Source: a virus (Duplodnaviria; Caudoviricetes). Taken from it: DNA of 59,056 nucleotides. A program made the position numbers and the translations under genes. The DNA lies in the IMG/VR virus record IMGVR_UViG_3300043395_003306, positions 1-59,056 of that record; one strand, 5' to 3'. This document shows positions 27,325 to 36,800 of this stretch, one piece after another. The notes under the pieces are model-generated. The model had not been told where the DNA came from. It searched no databases and saw only the letters and a program-made list of their open reading frames with translations. Position 1 is the first letter of the stretch, and each line of letters starts with the position of its first letter.

Positions 27325-27496
27325 GTATGCAGTAGTTTTAGACGAAGAAGCTACGAAGGTTGCCTCTATGTCGGGCCGTCCGTGCCCGTCGTGCGGCAGC
27401 AAGCACGTAGATTACCGCTATCAGACTCCCAATTGTCCAAACTGCGGGACGGCTCCATGGGAGCCGAACAAGTCGAATAAAGACTTTCGTCGGTAG
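27317..27496 (+). CDS. Small zinc-ribbon protein (59 aa)
   Basis: Not in the track; GAGG SD; MDKYAVVLDEEATKVASMSGRPCPSCG...CPNCGTAPWE. Confidence 0.75.
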   Translation: MDKYAVVLDEEATKVASMSGRPCPSCGSKHVDYRYQTPNCPNCGTAPWEPNKSNKDFRR

Positions 27497-27522
27497 GAGC
27501 CGTCCCTCCACTCGGAGGTATC

Positions 27523-28737
27523 GTGCCCCCTCGCAAGAAGACGGTCGAGCCAGCAGCCCCTGCTGGCGTCGACAACACGGGATTTTCAAACCTCATTAAT
27601 ACGCTCAAGACGAAGTACCCCGGCCGCATTTTCCGGGGTGACGAGTACACGATGCCATGGGCCATGCGAAGGCTGCCCACGGGAATTCTCAAGCTGGATA
27701 TTGACCTGCGCGGCGGGCTTCCCGCCGGCGGCATGACCATGCTTGTCGCGCCGGAAGGCATCGGCAAGAACTGGCTCTGCAATCAGGTCATTAAGAATCA
27801 GCAGATTTTGTTTGGAGAGCGTTGCCGTATTGGTGTCGTCTCTCTTGAGATGCCGTACGACAAGCTCTTTGCGCGGGACTGTGGGGTTCGTATTGCCTTG
27901 TCTCCACAAGAGATCCGGTCGATTGAACGTGCCGAGGCTACGTCGCGGCAAGACGATTCTTTCCGTTTCTCTGCTGAAGAGCGCGCTGCGTTCTCTGACC
28001 AAATCGGGGAATTCGTGGTGTGCCCGCCTGACACGGCGGAGCGTGCGCTGTCCATCGCTACGGAGATGGTTGCTTCGCGCGAATTCAACGTCGTGATGAT
28101 CGACTCCTTTGGTTCCATGCTGACCGAGCTTGAGGATCAGAACACGCTTGAGGACAACGTCCGTCCCGGCGGTGCGTCCATCGTGAACAGCCAGTTTGCG
28201 AAGCGCATCAATGCGGCGACTGCGCCCGACAAGAACGGTATGCCAAATCTGACGTGCATCCTTGGCATCAACCAGGTGCGCGACAACATGAAGAAGGCCA
28301 CGCCGTTTTCACCGGACACGATTGAGGCAGGCGGCCACGCACTCAAGCACGCTCGCTGGGTAACCATCCAGTTGCGCCGTCTTGCGTACGTGAACAAGAA
28401 GATCGGCGAGTCGCAGGTTCGTATTGGCAAGACGATTGAGTACGAGATCATGAAGCAGAAGGCCGGCGGCCACGAAGGCGGCAAGGGCAACTACGACTTC
28501 ATCTTCTCGCTCGTTGGGTTTGACCGCGTGAAGGAGTCTATCCGCGTTGCTGCTGACTACGATGTGGTCAGTAAGAATGGCGCGATGTACGAGTTCGGCG
28601 ACCTCACGGTTCGCGGAATTGACGCGTTCACCGAGAAGGTACGGGAGCTTGGCCCCGAAGTGCTTGCCGAGATTGAACGCCTCACGCTGCATGAGGCGGG
28701 CATCAAGTGCAATTACACTGACGAGGACATGGAGTAA
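27523..28737 (+). CDS. recA: RecA/UvsX-like recombinase (404 aa)
   Basis: PTGILKLDIDLRGGLPAG, APEGIGKN, PDTAE, VVMIDS, INQVRD, GGHALKH. Confidence 0.92.
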   Translation: MPPRKKTVEPAAPAGVDNTGFSNLINTLKTKYPGRIFRGDEYTMPWAMRRLPTGILKLDIDLRGGLPAGGMTMLVAPEGIGKNWLCNQVIKNQQILFGERCRIGVVSLEMPYDKLFARDCGVRIALSPQEIRSIERAEATSRQDDSFRFSAEERAAFSDQIGEFVVCPPDTAERALSIATEMVASREFNVVMIDSFGSMLTELEDQNTLEDNVRPGGASIVNSQFAKRINAATAPDKNGMPNLTCILGINQVRDNMKKATPFSPDTIEAGGHALKHARWVTIQLRRLAYVNKKIGESQVRIGKTIEYEIMKQKAGGHEGGKGNYDFIFSLVGFDRVKESIRVAADYDVVSKNGAMYEFGDLTVRGIDAFTEKVRELGPEVLAEIERLTLHEAGIKCNYTDEDME

Positions 28738-29216
28738 TGTCGCAGAAGTGCTGCCCTAATTGTGGCTGCACGGATCTGCGACACTGGAGTGGGTCGTCGC
28801 TCTCTTGCAGCGGGTGCGGAAGTATTCTCCGTCCCTCGCAGCTTGAGAGCGTCGCCCCTCCTCCTGTTGTACGTCCTACGCGGACCATTTCGGACAGGCA
28901 GGAGAAAATAAATGCGAAGCGGTATGACGGCCGCCGCACTATTGCCTCCGGGTCTACTCCCGTAGACAAGGGAGACGTTAAGGGAGAGGGGTTCCGTATG
29001 GAGTGCAAAAGTACGGAGGCTCGGTCTTACTCGCTCAAATTAGACGACCTACACAAGCTCGTAGCACAGGCACAGGACGGGGAGCTGCCAGCATTTACTA
29101 TCGAATTCCGGCCAAAAGACCGTGCCGGGAAATACGAGCAGTATGTTGTTCTTCCGGAAGCCTGGTTCAAAGAGCTATTTCAAACCTACCAACAGGTCAT
29201 TACGGAGAAAGAGTGA
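28737..29216 (+). CDS. PD-(D/E)XK nuclease, Holliday-junction resolvase-like, with N-terminal Zn ribbon (159 aa)
   Basis: CPNCG...CSGCG; QEK...SGS...KGDV...ECKST. Confidence 0.75.
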   Translation: MSQKCCPNCGCTDLRHWSGSSLSCSGCGSILRPSQLESVAPPPVVRPTRTISDRQEKINAKRYDGRRTIASGSTPVDKGDVKGEGFRMECKSTEARSYSLKLDDLHKLVAQAQDGELPAFTIEFRPKDRAGKYEQYVVLPEAWFKELFQTYQQVITEKE

Positions 29217-30046
29217 TCCATACCATAGACGACCTAGCAAACGTCACCGCACAAGACGTTGCGGCCATTCTTGCAAAGATCGATTTGAAGGGGCTTGTCT
29301 ACCGCCAGCTCTCCAAGGATGGGCGGCGTAGGGGCATGACCCGTGATGTGTTTGAGGCGGTTGTGGCAAATGCGCGCCCGCACAAGTGCAAGGCTTGCGA
29401 TGGGCAGGGAGAAATCCAGCCCCACTTCCGCAGTATTGGCACCGTACATCCGTCGTCGGCGCACCGCTGCCGCCTAAAGCTGTACTACGACGTGCTTGCC
29501 GAAATGGAGAGCGAAGAGGAGATTTCCCCAGAACTCCAGTTCATCTTCGATATCGGCCACGCCATTCACGCGACAATCCAGAAGTCGCTGCATCGCGCGC
29601 TGCCCGGCGGGTTTACGGAAGAGGTCACCGTCGACCTTCCCGAATCGTTTATCGAGAACGGACATGCTGACGGCGTTGTGGAGCAGCCTGACCATACCTA
29701 CGTCATCGAAATCAAGACGATCAGCGGGGACGGGTACGACAAGCTGTCGAAGCCGAAGGAGGAACACATCCTCCAGGCATCCATCTACTGCCGTGCGTTG
29801 AACGTCCCGTTCATGTGTTTCCTCTACGTCAACAAAGCCACCGGAGCCATGAAGCAGTTTCCGATGGTCTACGACGAGCGGGTTTACCAGAACTGGCGTC
29901 GCGATAAGATCGAGCCGATTGAGAAGGCACTGGAGACAGGGACTGAGCCTGTGGCGGATGCGGGTAAGTACGAGTGCAGTGGCTGCGGGTACCGCGAAAA
30001 CTGCACCCAGAGAATTGGCGGAAGCCGCAACCCCTTCACGAGGTAA
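29213..30046 (+). CDS. Cas4-like PD-(D/E)XK exonuclease (277 aa)
   Basis: HPSSAHRC, GHAIH, GHADG, IEIKT, QASIY, CSGCGYRENC; start re-called to GTG 29213. Confidence 0.85.
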   Translation: MIHTIDDLANVTAQDVAAILAKIDLKGLVYRQLSKDGRRRGMTRDVFEAVVANARPHKCKACDGQGEIQPHFRSIGTVHPSSAHRCRLKLYYDVLAEMESEEEISPELQFIFDIGHAIHATIQKSLHRALPGGFTEEVTVDLPESFIENGHADGVVEQPDHTYVIEIKTISGDGYDKLSKPKEEHILQASIYCRALNVPFMCFLYVNKATGAMKQFPMVYDERVYQNWRRDKIEPIEKALETGTEPVADAGKYECSGCGYRENCTQRIGGSRNPFTR

Positions 30047-30048
30047 CC

Positions 30049-30639
30049 ATGCCCCCACGTCGACCCGTAGTTGTAGACGAGCCGGAGAAAACCGACCTCT
30101 ACGACACGCCACTTGATGAGGGCCTAGAGCGGTACGTCCTTGCTTCCGAACGCGCTCTTACGCGCGTTTTAGATACGGGACTTACCCCTCACGATGCCAG
30201 GCCAAAAAGAGGAAACCAGTACTTTGACGGACGGTTGCCTCCGAACTGGGCAGCTCTCAACAATCAGCAGATTGGTGAGCTGTTTGAGATGATGACGGCT
30301 CATGCCGATTTTCTCGGGGCCAAGTCTACGCTGGCGAAAGCCGAGCGGCAGAACGCAGAAGAGCGTCTTCGTCTTGTGAAGGCCAAGGTTCGTAAATCGA
30401 AGCTGGGCACTAACGATGACAAGGAAGACGCCACAATCTGCGACTCTCGCTATGTCGAAGCAAACGCACAGTGGCTTGAGGCGTCAGAGTATTACGAGAT
30501 CATTAGCGGCATGATGGATGCCGCTACTCGCGATCTACGAATCCTTTCGCGTCACCTTGAGACCAAGAAGATGGAATTTGAGGGAGGCCGCCGTGTCACC
30601 GGCATGAACAACGGGAGGAACCCGTTTGCCCGGTCGTAG
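30049..30639 (+). CDS. Helical protein, possibly a UvsY-like recombination mediator (196 aa)
   Basis: GAGG SD before ATG 30049; coiled-coil character; function inferred from context only. Confidence 0.5.
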   Translation: MPPRRPVVVDEPEKTDLYDTPLDEGLERYVLASERALTRVLDTGLTPHDARPKRGNQYFDGRLPPNWAALNNQQIGELFEMMTAHADFLGAKSTLAKAERQNAEERLRLVKAKVRKSKLGTNDDKEDATICDSRYVEANAQWLEASEYYEIISGMMDAATRDLRILSRHLETKKMEFEGGRRVTGMNNGRNPFARS

Positions 30640-31114
30640 GCTTGAGATGACCGTACCCTTTCTGCCGCCGAGCGATAACAAAATTCGCGTACATCGGCGG
30701 CAGGGAGGGGAGGTCTACTCCAAAGAGGCAGAGAAATTCAGGACGGATTTTCGTGCGCACGTCCACAAGAATTTCTTCTTACCGATTCAACAATTCGTTC
30801 GAGGACATACCCCGACGGCGGCGTACCGTCTCGTTCTGGTTTTCTACTTTGAAACCCTCGTTAACGAGGGCTGGCTCAAGGTAGGCAAGGACGGCAAAAG
30901 AGGGGCCAAAGGCGTCTATAAGAAGATGGACGCAGGGAACCGGCGTAAGCTCATTGAAGACTGCCTCGCCGATTCCATCGGGCTTGATGACTCCCTCTCC
31001 ATGGAGTTGACCATCGTAAAAACGATGGATCCTGAACAGCCCCGAGTCGTCCTCTTCTTAGAAGAGGTGAATCCTGCCGACTACGGTATTCCGCCGCAAT
31101 TCCTCCGCGACTGA
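30626..31114 (+). CDS. rusA: RusA-like Holliday-junction resolvase (162 aa)
   Basis: PPSDN, KMDAGNRRKLIEDCL, GLDDS, PRVVLFLEE. Confidence 0.8.
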   Translation: MPGRRLEMTVPFLPPSDNKIRVHRRQGGEVYSKEAEKFRTDFRAHVHKNFFLPIQQFVRGHTPTAAYRLVLVFYFETLVNEGWLKVGKDGKRGAKGVYKKMDAGNRRKLIEDCLADSIGLDDSLSMELTIVKTMDPEQPRVVLFLEEVNPADYGIPPQFLRD

Positions 31115-31412
31115 ACACGTATTTTGTCCAAAAGAAGAACAATGGAAGTCCCGCGTATTTTGCCTAGGGCTGCCACACCGAGACGCTTGTGGGGATTGCA
31201 AACACCTGCACTACAGAATAAAGCTCCTTAGAAACATCGGGCTTATTCAAGTGCAGTGCCCCGTAGTTCACGGCCCTCACCCAGAGGGTCCAACAATTAC
31301 GGCGGACATGAAAATTGCGCAGCAAGACGGGCATGAGCAAGTGACGGCAGAAACCTGTAGGTTGGTGCGGCCGTTTTTCCACTGCACGAGTTGCCCGAAT
31401 TCAAAGCACTAA
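31074..31412 (+). CDS. Unlisted Cys-rich protein with duplicated C...C-x8-CxxC motif, non-canonical start
   Basis: Frame open 31071-31412, filling the apparent gap; 8 Cys in two matching units; only CTG/ATC follow GAGGT. Confidence 0.65.
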   Translation: MPTTVFRRNSSATEHVFCPKEEQWKSRVFCLGLPHRDACGDCKHLHYRIKLLRNIGLIQVQCPVVHGPHPEGPTITADMKIAQQDGHEQVTAETCRLVRPFFHCTSCPNSKH

Positions 31413-31419
31413 GGACGGC

Positions 31420-31725
31420 ATGACAACCCTAAAAGACCTGAACAACACAGAGCTTGTAGAGGCGTGCCGTGCTGCGGGACTTGGCGCTGTTGAACGCATC
31501 GTCGCCCCTGTGGCACTACACGCTGTTCTTGAGGGAGTAGAGGATCCGTCGGCATTTCCTTGCCACCTAGAGGGCAAAAGAAAAATGATGGAAGCCCATA
31601 TCGAAAAGAACTGGAGAAGGTTACGTACGCAGTTACCCGGGTGTAACGGTAAATGCGTTTCCTTCGGGTGTCCGAACCTAATTGTCCAGCGCTGTTGGAA
31701 AGGTTTTAGCGGAGACATCCTTTGA
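31420..31725 (+). CDS. Hypothetical protein with Cys-rich C-terminus (101 aa)
   Basis: AAGGA SD; CNGKCVSFGCP...RCW. Confidence 0.75.
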   Translation: MTTLKDLNNTELVEACRAAGLGAVERIVAPVALHAVLEGVEDPSAFPCHLEGKRKMMEAHIEKNWRRLRTQLPGCNGKCVSFGCPNLIVQRCWKGFSGDIL

Positions 31726-32702
31726 GGTGTATCGAGTGCTCCCGACTCCGTAAGTGCGAAAAGGTCACCGTAGAGATGGTCTTTGACGGCCCCATCTGCG
31801 CCCTCTTTGAACCCACGGATATCGGGACACTCTCCGCACGTGAGAGAGCGCTTTGTGATTTTGGGCCGAGTGCCCTTGTTGTCAACTCCAAGGAGAAGAG
31901 TAAAACCATGGCTGATGCCACCGAGACTTTCAAGTTCCGCCTTCCGCTCCGTCAGATCGCCAAGGCACTTGGCAAGGTTGAAAAGGAGCTAGATGCCATC
32001 CGCATGACGGTCCCGCAGCTTCAGGACCTCATCCGTACGGATGTTGCAAACATCGACTCTATGTCGTTTGACGAAGTCACCGCGCTGGCCGCTGAGCTTT
32101 CTAGCGGCAAGGCTCCGACGGTTACGACTCAGGCCACTCCCAAGGCCGAGCCTGTAGCTACTCCGGCTCCGGCCGTGTCTGCCGAGGCTCCTGTGAAGCG
32201 GGGGCCGGGTCGTCCGCCCAAGCCCAAGACGCCGGGCACCCCGGCCGCCCCCAAGGCTGAGGTTGTTGAGGAAGAGCCGGTTGCCGAGGCTGCTCCTGCG
32301 GAGGAACAGGTGGTGACACGGGTTCTGCCGTCGCCCACCAAGCCAGGTCCCAAGGTTCCGATGCGCCGCGGGGCTGCCCCTGTAGTGGAAACCCCGGTTT
32401 CCTCTATTGTAGAGTCCGCACCGGCTACCGTTGGTGCTGGCGATCTCGGCGTTGTGCTATCGGCCCTTGAAGATCTGCGCAAGCGGGTCGACATCATCGG
32501 CCAGCAGAGCGACCTGATCAACTCGGCGGTTAAGGAGCTTCAGAAGAACGTGAAGCGCGTCGAGGATGGATTTGGCGTTCAGGACGACCGCATCTCCGCG
32601 ATTGTTGGTGCGCTCAGCTTCATGTACGCCGAGGCCACGGGCGACGAGGAAGGAACCAGCATCGAGGAAATCGACTGGTCCCAGTTCCTGAGCCGGGGCT
32701 GA
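31722..32702 (+). CDS. AT-hook-containing protein with Pro/Ala linker and coiled-coil C-terminus
   Basis: KRGPGRPPKPK at about 32196-32228; alternative ATG 31908 has an AAGGAG SD. Confidence 0.75.
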   Translation: MRCIECSRLRKCEKVTVEMVFDGPICALFEPTDIGTLSARERALCDFGPSALVVNSKEKSKTMADATETFKFRLPLRQIAKALGKVEKELDAIRMTVPQLQDLIRTDVANIDSMSFDEVTALAAELSSGKAPTVTTQATPKAEPVATPAPAVSAEAPVKRGPGRPPKPKTPGTPAAPKAEVVEEEPVAEAAPAEEQVVTRVLPSPTKPGPKVPMRRGAAPVVETPVSSIVESAPATVGAGDLGVVLSALEDLRKRVDIIGQQSDLINSAVKELQKNVKRVEDGFGVQDDRISAIVGALSFMYAEATGDEEGTSIEEIDWSQFLSRG

Positions 32703-32930
32703 ACGGGCGAAAGCCCAACACTAGCCCCGGAGGCCTCTGAGGTTTCAGACACTTCCGGGGCCTTCGTGTATCTCGAAACGTCTGACCTAATCAGCATGGA
32801 CAAACACGCCCTTTCCGAGTTTGCGTATCGAGAGCTAAACATCTCTCTCGATACCGAGCGGTCAAAGGAGTGGATGGTCCAGCAGATATACAGGTTGGGC
32901 GTAGTAGAGGAAGCTGTCAGCCGCCGTTAG
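32703..32930 (+). CDS. Small helical (Rho-N/HeH-like) domain, in frame after the previous TGA
   Basis: ...VYLETSDLISMDKHALSEFAYRELNISLDTERSKEWMVQQIYRLG...*; start uncertain (readthrough, GTG 32766 or ATG 32796). Confidence 0.5.
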   Translation, partial: TGESPTLAPEASEVSDTSGAFVYLETSDLISMDKHALSEFAYRELNISLDTERSKEWMVQQIYRLGVVEEAVSRR

Positions 32931-32932
32931 AC

Positions 32933-32964
32933 AAAAGCCCCGCAAGTTGCGGGGCTTTTTATTT
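32933..32964. terminator. Bidirectional rho-independent terminator between the convergent modules
   Basis: AAAAGCCCCGCAA-g-TTGCGGGGCTTTT with A and T tracts on either side. Confidence 0.85.
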
Positions 32965-33460
32965 AGCTCAGTTTCTTGATTACGACCCCGCTGCCTCCCG
33001 TCATTCCCCAGGAGCGTGCTGCGGCAATGCTGGCCGCGTTGTTGGGGCTTATCTCACCTACGATACCCGTACAGTTTTGAAACCGGCACATCTCCTCAAA
33101 CGCGTGGAAGAGTCGACGCCCTACTCCCTCCGCACGGTCGTCGGCGTGCACAACAATATCCTCTAGGTAGGCATGAGGCCCTGTGATTGAGCCAATCAGC
33201 ATACCGCGAACTACATGTAGGTTGCTCTCGGCGTACGTGCGGTGTGCAACGAGCACGCATTTCGTGGGCGGCGCGGTACGAAGTTCCTGAGCGACAACCT
33301 CTAGTAGATCGGGTACCCAGGTCTTTCCATCTATGCTGCGCCCAGCCTCTACATCACCGTTAGTGATGTAGAGTTCGCCGTTGCGCGGGGTATGCGCATG
33401 AAAGAAGGCAGCAAGTCTTTCTGGGAAAAACTCACCGCCCATCGAGGAAATAAAAATCAT
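32963..33460 (-). CDS. GNAT-family N-acetyltransferase (165 aa)
   Basis: YLEDIVVHADDRAEGVGRRLF (acetyl-CoA motif A), NAASIAAARSWG. Confidence 0.8.
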   Translation of the reverse strand: MIFISSMGGEFFPERLAAFFHAHTPRNGELYITNGDVEAGRSIDGKTWVPDLLEVVAQELRTAPPTKCVLVAHRTYAESNLHVVRGMLIGSITGPHAYLEDIVVHADDRAEGVGRRLFHAFEEMCRFQNCTGIVGEISPNNAASIAAARSWGMTGGSGVVIKKLS

Positions 33461-33846
33461 TAGCGTCTTCTATCGTGCTCGACTGGTTGTTGCTGTCGTC
33501 TACGCTCTTCCTTACGCACAATGATCTCTTCGTTCTCACCGCCTAGCTTCTCGGGAAGATGGCGTTTTACAACGTTGTAGACTTGGTACGCAAACAAGGA
33601 AGCCACAAGGCCAATCACGGCGTTTACCTTGGCATGCTCGTCGTACCCTATGACTATGCCCGTTACCATACCCACAACGAGGTTCAATATGTCAATTCCA
33701 AGCTTTGCCCACTTACGATTTTCTAGTGAAACCAGGCCTGGGATGTTTGTCCGTGCGACGTGAATTACTGCATACGTCGCAAGACAGTTTAGGAGGAACT
33801 GCTCGCTAAGCATGAGGGTAAATATCGCATCTAGTCCGGACATCAT
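33460..33846 (-). CDS. Holin-like membrane protein (128 aa)
   Basis: Three hydrophobic segments and a charged C-terminal tail; end of the tail operon. Confidence 0.55.
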   Translation of the reverse strand: MMSGLDAIFTLMLSEQFLLNCLATYAVIHVARTNIPGLVSLENRKWAKLGIDILNLVVGMVTGIVIGYDEHAKVNAVIGLVASLFAYQVYNVVKRHLPEKLGGENEEIIVRKEERRRQQQPVEHDRRR

Positions 33847-36800
33847 CCCCAGCCCCCATCTCCGGCTCTGTCAGTTACCCAACCGACGCGTGCACCGCGA
33901 AACTTTACAGCGCCCGGAAGTACGCCATCTCCCGCGACTACAATGGTAGCGCTGTTAAGCTTTGGGGCCGCAGAAAGAGACACTCCCTTGTCCGCTGCTA
34001 TTTCAATAGGGCCACCCAAACCACTTAAAGTGGAGATTTGATGGCTGCCTCCCCAAGTATTTGATCCGTAGATGCTCCCAAGGGTAACCGCGCCGGCATA
34101 GTCCTTAACAAGCTGATTTGGAATGTCTACCGTTGTGCCGTCAGAGCTACGAATACCAATATAGAACTCAATAGCAGCAAAATACGAATAGTGTCGACGG
34201 TCTACGACAAACGCAGATAAATTCCGGTCTTCTATTCCCTTACCGGGGTTGCTAAACGTAAAGGACTCGCTCACCGGAACAGTGATTTCAGTGAGCACCT
34301 CATTAACAGTAGCGCTTGAGGTTGAAATAGGAACCAGTTCCGCGGTATTTATGTTAATTGGGGCTGTGTAAATTACTTCAAAGTAGCCCGCGGAAGACGC
34401 AACGTCTGCGGCGCTACGTGGAGCATCTTCGACACCAAAATCAATACAATTTTGTCGGTAAATAACTAGCCGCATACCGACATTAACATCCCACCCTGTT
34501 TGGTTTTTCCACAGGGTAGCGTCTGTTTGTTCATACCCTATTGCGCCTAACAGGGGTGTTCCGTACTGCCACACTTGAACCGTAGGCGTCCACGTTCCTC
34601 CGCCATCAGCGGTATAAACGGGTTTTACGCTAAGAACGGCATTAAAATTTGTGAGGGTTGATCCATGCGGCGGGGAGAAGGGCAGCAAAAACCCCGTGAC
34701 ACCTGGGGGAATAAACTCACTACCAACTAGGCTGGGGTTTTGTGATGGTGCCGCTAAGACGTAGAATAGCGGATCGTAGAAAGGATGGTAGCCTACGATG
34801 GCAGTTGAGGCGCGTCCTTTCCGAAAGAAGCGACCCCTGTCGTATACGGGAGACTTAAACTCCCACGAAGTGACAGCGCCGGTTTCCTCATTAAATGCCC
34901 CAACTCCGCGCCCCTCTTGGCCGCCACCCCGGTTGTAAAAGACTTCGTACTCAGCCAGTCCCGATACCGGAGTCCATGCTCCATCCGCCGCGGCGTAGTC
35001 GGTACCATCAAGAAGCTCGGCCTGTAGCGGAGAAATAGTCTCAAAACCTTTTACAGGCTGTACGTAGCGAAGAGACCCTACTTTTGCGACCGTAGGAACT
35101 TCAAGTGCCGGCGTGCGTAACGGCTGAACAATTGGCGTGAGGCTCACAGAGCCAATATTTAAAACAGCATTTGCCTCAAACGGAATATCCAACGTAAGGA
35201 ACAGCGGGGCGTCGGCATCTTCAGAAAGAGCGGTAGACGCCAACGGCCCACGCATGTCTCCTGTCGTTGGGGGGCCAAGTACTGTAAGAGACCGAGACGC
35301 CGTTAGCGTAAGCGATCTAATAGTCATTGATCCACTGTTATTTAGGCTAAGAAGGGACTCTTCTACTAAAATTGTTCCGTCTGCTCGGCGAAGGGCAACA
35401 GTACCCGTCCCTAGTGCTGCTGCCGTTAGTGCGTAGTTAAGCTCAAAATTAAACTTGTGCAGGTACGGGGAAACTCCGCGTACAGATGGAAACCACAAAC
35501 GGACTGTAGACGCCACTCCGTCCGTTTCTTCCATTTTAATATTTCCGCCCCAAGCACTGTCGTACTCGGCAGTCACGGTACCGGTACCACTAACTAGCTC
35601 GAGTGCAATCTCCTCATCGTTCAAAAACCCAGGGCTCTGCATTGAGAGGCCAACAGGCGCAGAGCTTACCTTTCGTAGCTGCGGCAGCGAAGAAACTAAA
35701 AGTTCTGTGGTAGTTTTTCCGCTAAAGATCGCAGTATTGGGGATGGGTGCTCTCGGCTGTCCAGTTACCCGGCTCCACCCGTGCTCATAGGTATACGAGC
35801 AATAGCGGGCTTCAAATCCCGCGTCCAGATCATATGCGGCCGCACTACGGTGCACCTCTCCTTCGTACGAACCAACAATCGGACCGACTCCGGATCCCAG
35901 CGTTGTAGGAAACGCTGACACGGAGGACTGAAGTGCTCCTGACTCTAGCTCTATATCTCCGGTGCCTACTGCCGTAGGTGCCGACACAACGGTGTCTTCG
36001 AGAGACTCAGCAATAGAAAGCCACGGAAGTTCGGCCGAATTAATATTCAGCGCGGTACCGATCATAGTCCAGTCGGCAATATCAGCGTACGTTCTAGTCC
36101 AACGGCCGCCAACTAAACAAGCGGTAGTTGTGGTCGGAGTAAGGGCTACGTCTGTTGGGCTATTTGGTAGTAGTGCGACTATTTGCTCTGTTGAATCTGA
36201 ACTAATAAGCTGTGCAATTCTGTAACGTGTACTTAGCCCGGAAAAGAACAACTGCTGGCCGACGTAGGCACTTGGAAGAGAGACACTAACAGTATCTGGC
36301 GGCAGTTTAACCAATGCCACATGCTGCTCAGCGTACAAAGAATAGTCTGGGGCGAGAATCTCTACTGAAATCCACGCGTCCGCATGTCCGGCTGGTGCTA
36401 ATTTTTCAGGAAGCCCAAGGCTGGTACCTGCCAATCCGGGCCAGGCTACCGCGTAATTTTTGGCAGAAAAGCCGACTTCTGTGGTAATTCCTCCGTCCCG
36501 CAAGACGTCTTCAAGCGTGCCAAGGACCGTGGAGGAATATTGTCGCTGGTAAATACTGCCAATTATGTCAATTCCGCCGCCCCGGGCCGCAGAGGCGCCA
36601 TTTGTGTAGATTTTTACGGCCGCCCCGGAATGCTGAAAGTAGCTAAGATCTACTGGCTCTCCCGTAGCAGCCGCAGAAAGCCCCGTTGTCTTTGTCACTA
36701 CGAGGGCGGGATCGTCTCCTTTCTGTGCGACCCACGCACCCCAACTGGGCAGAGTTGTCAGTGAGGTTGCAGGGTCCTTTGCGTAAGACGCGACGTCTAT

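Noticed and set aside
29213-30046. CRISPR-Cas system suggested by the Cas4-like gene
   Set aside because: No repeat-spacer array or other cas genes seen; solo Cas4-like nucleases are common in phage replication modules.
32693-32765. Hammerhead ribozyme or selenocysteine (SECIS) signal
   Set aside because: CUGA and GAAA are present but not the CUGANGA core geometry; the TGA is not in a redox or Cys-equivalent context.
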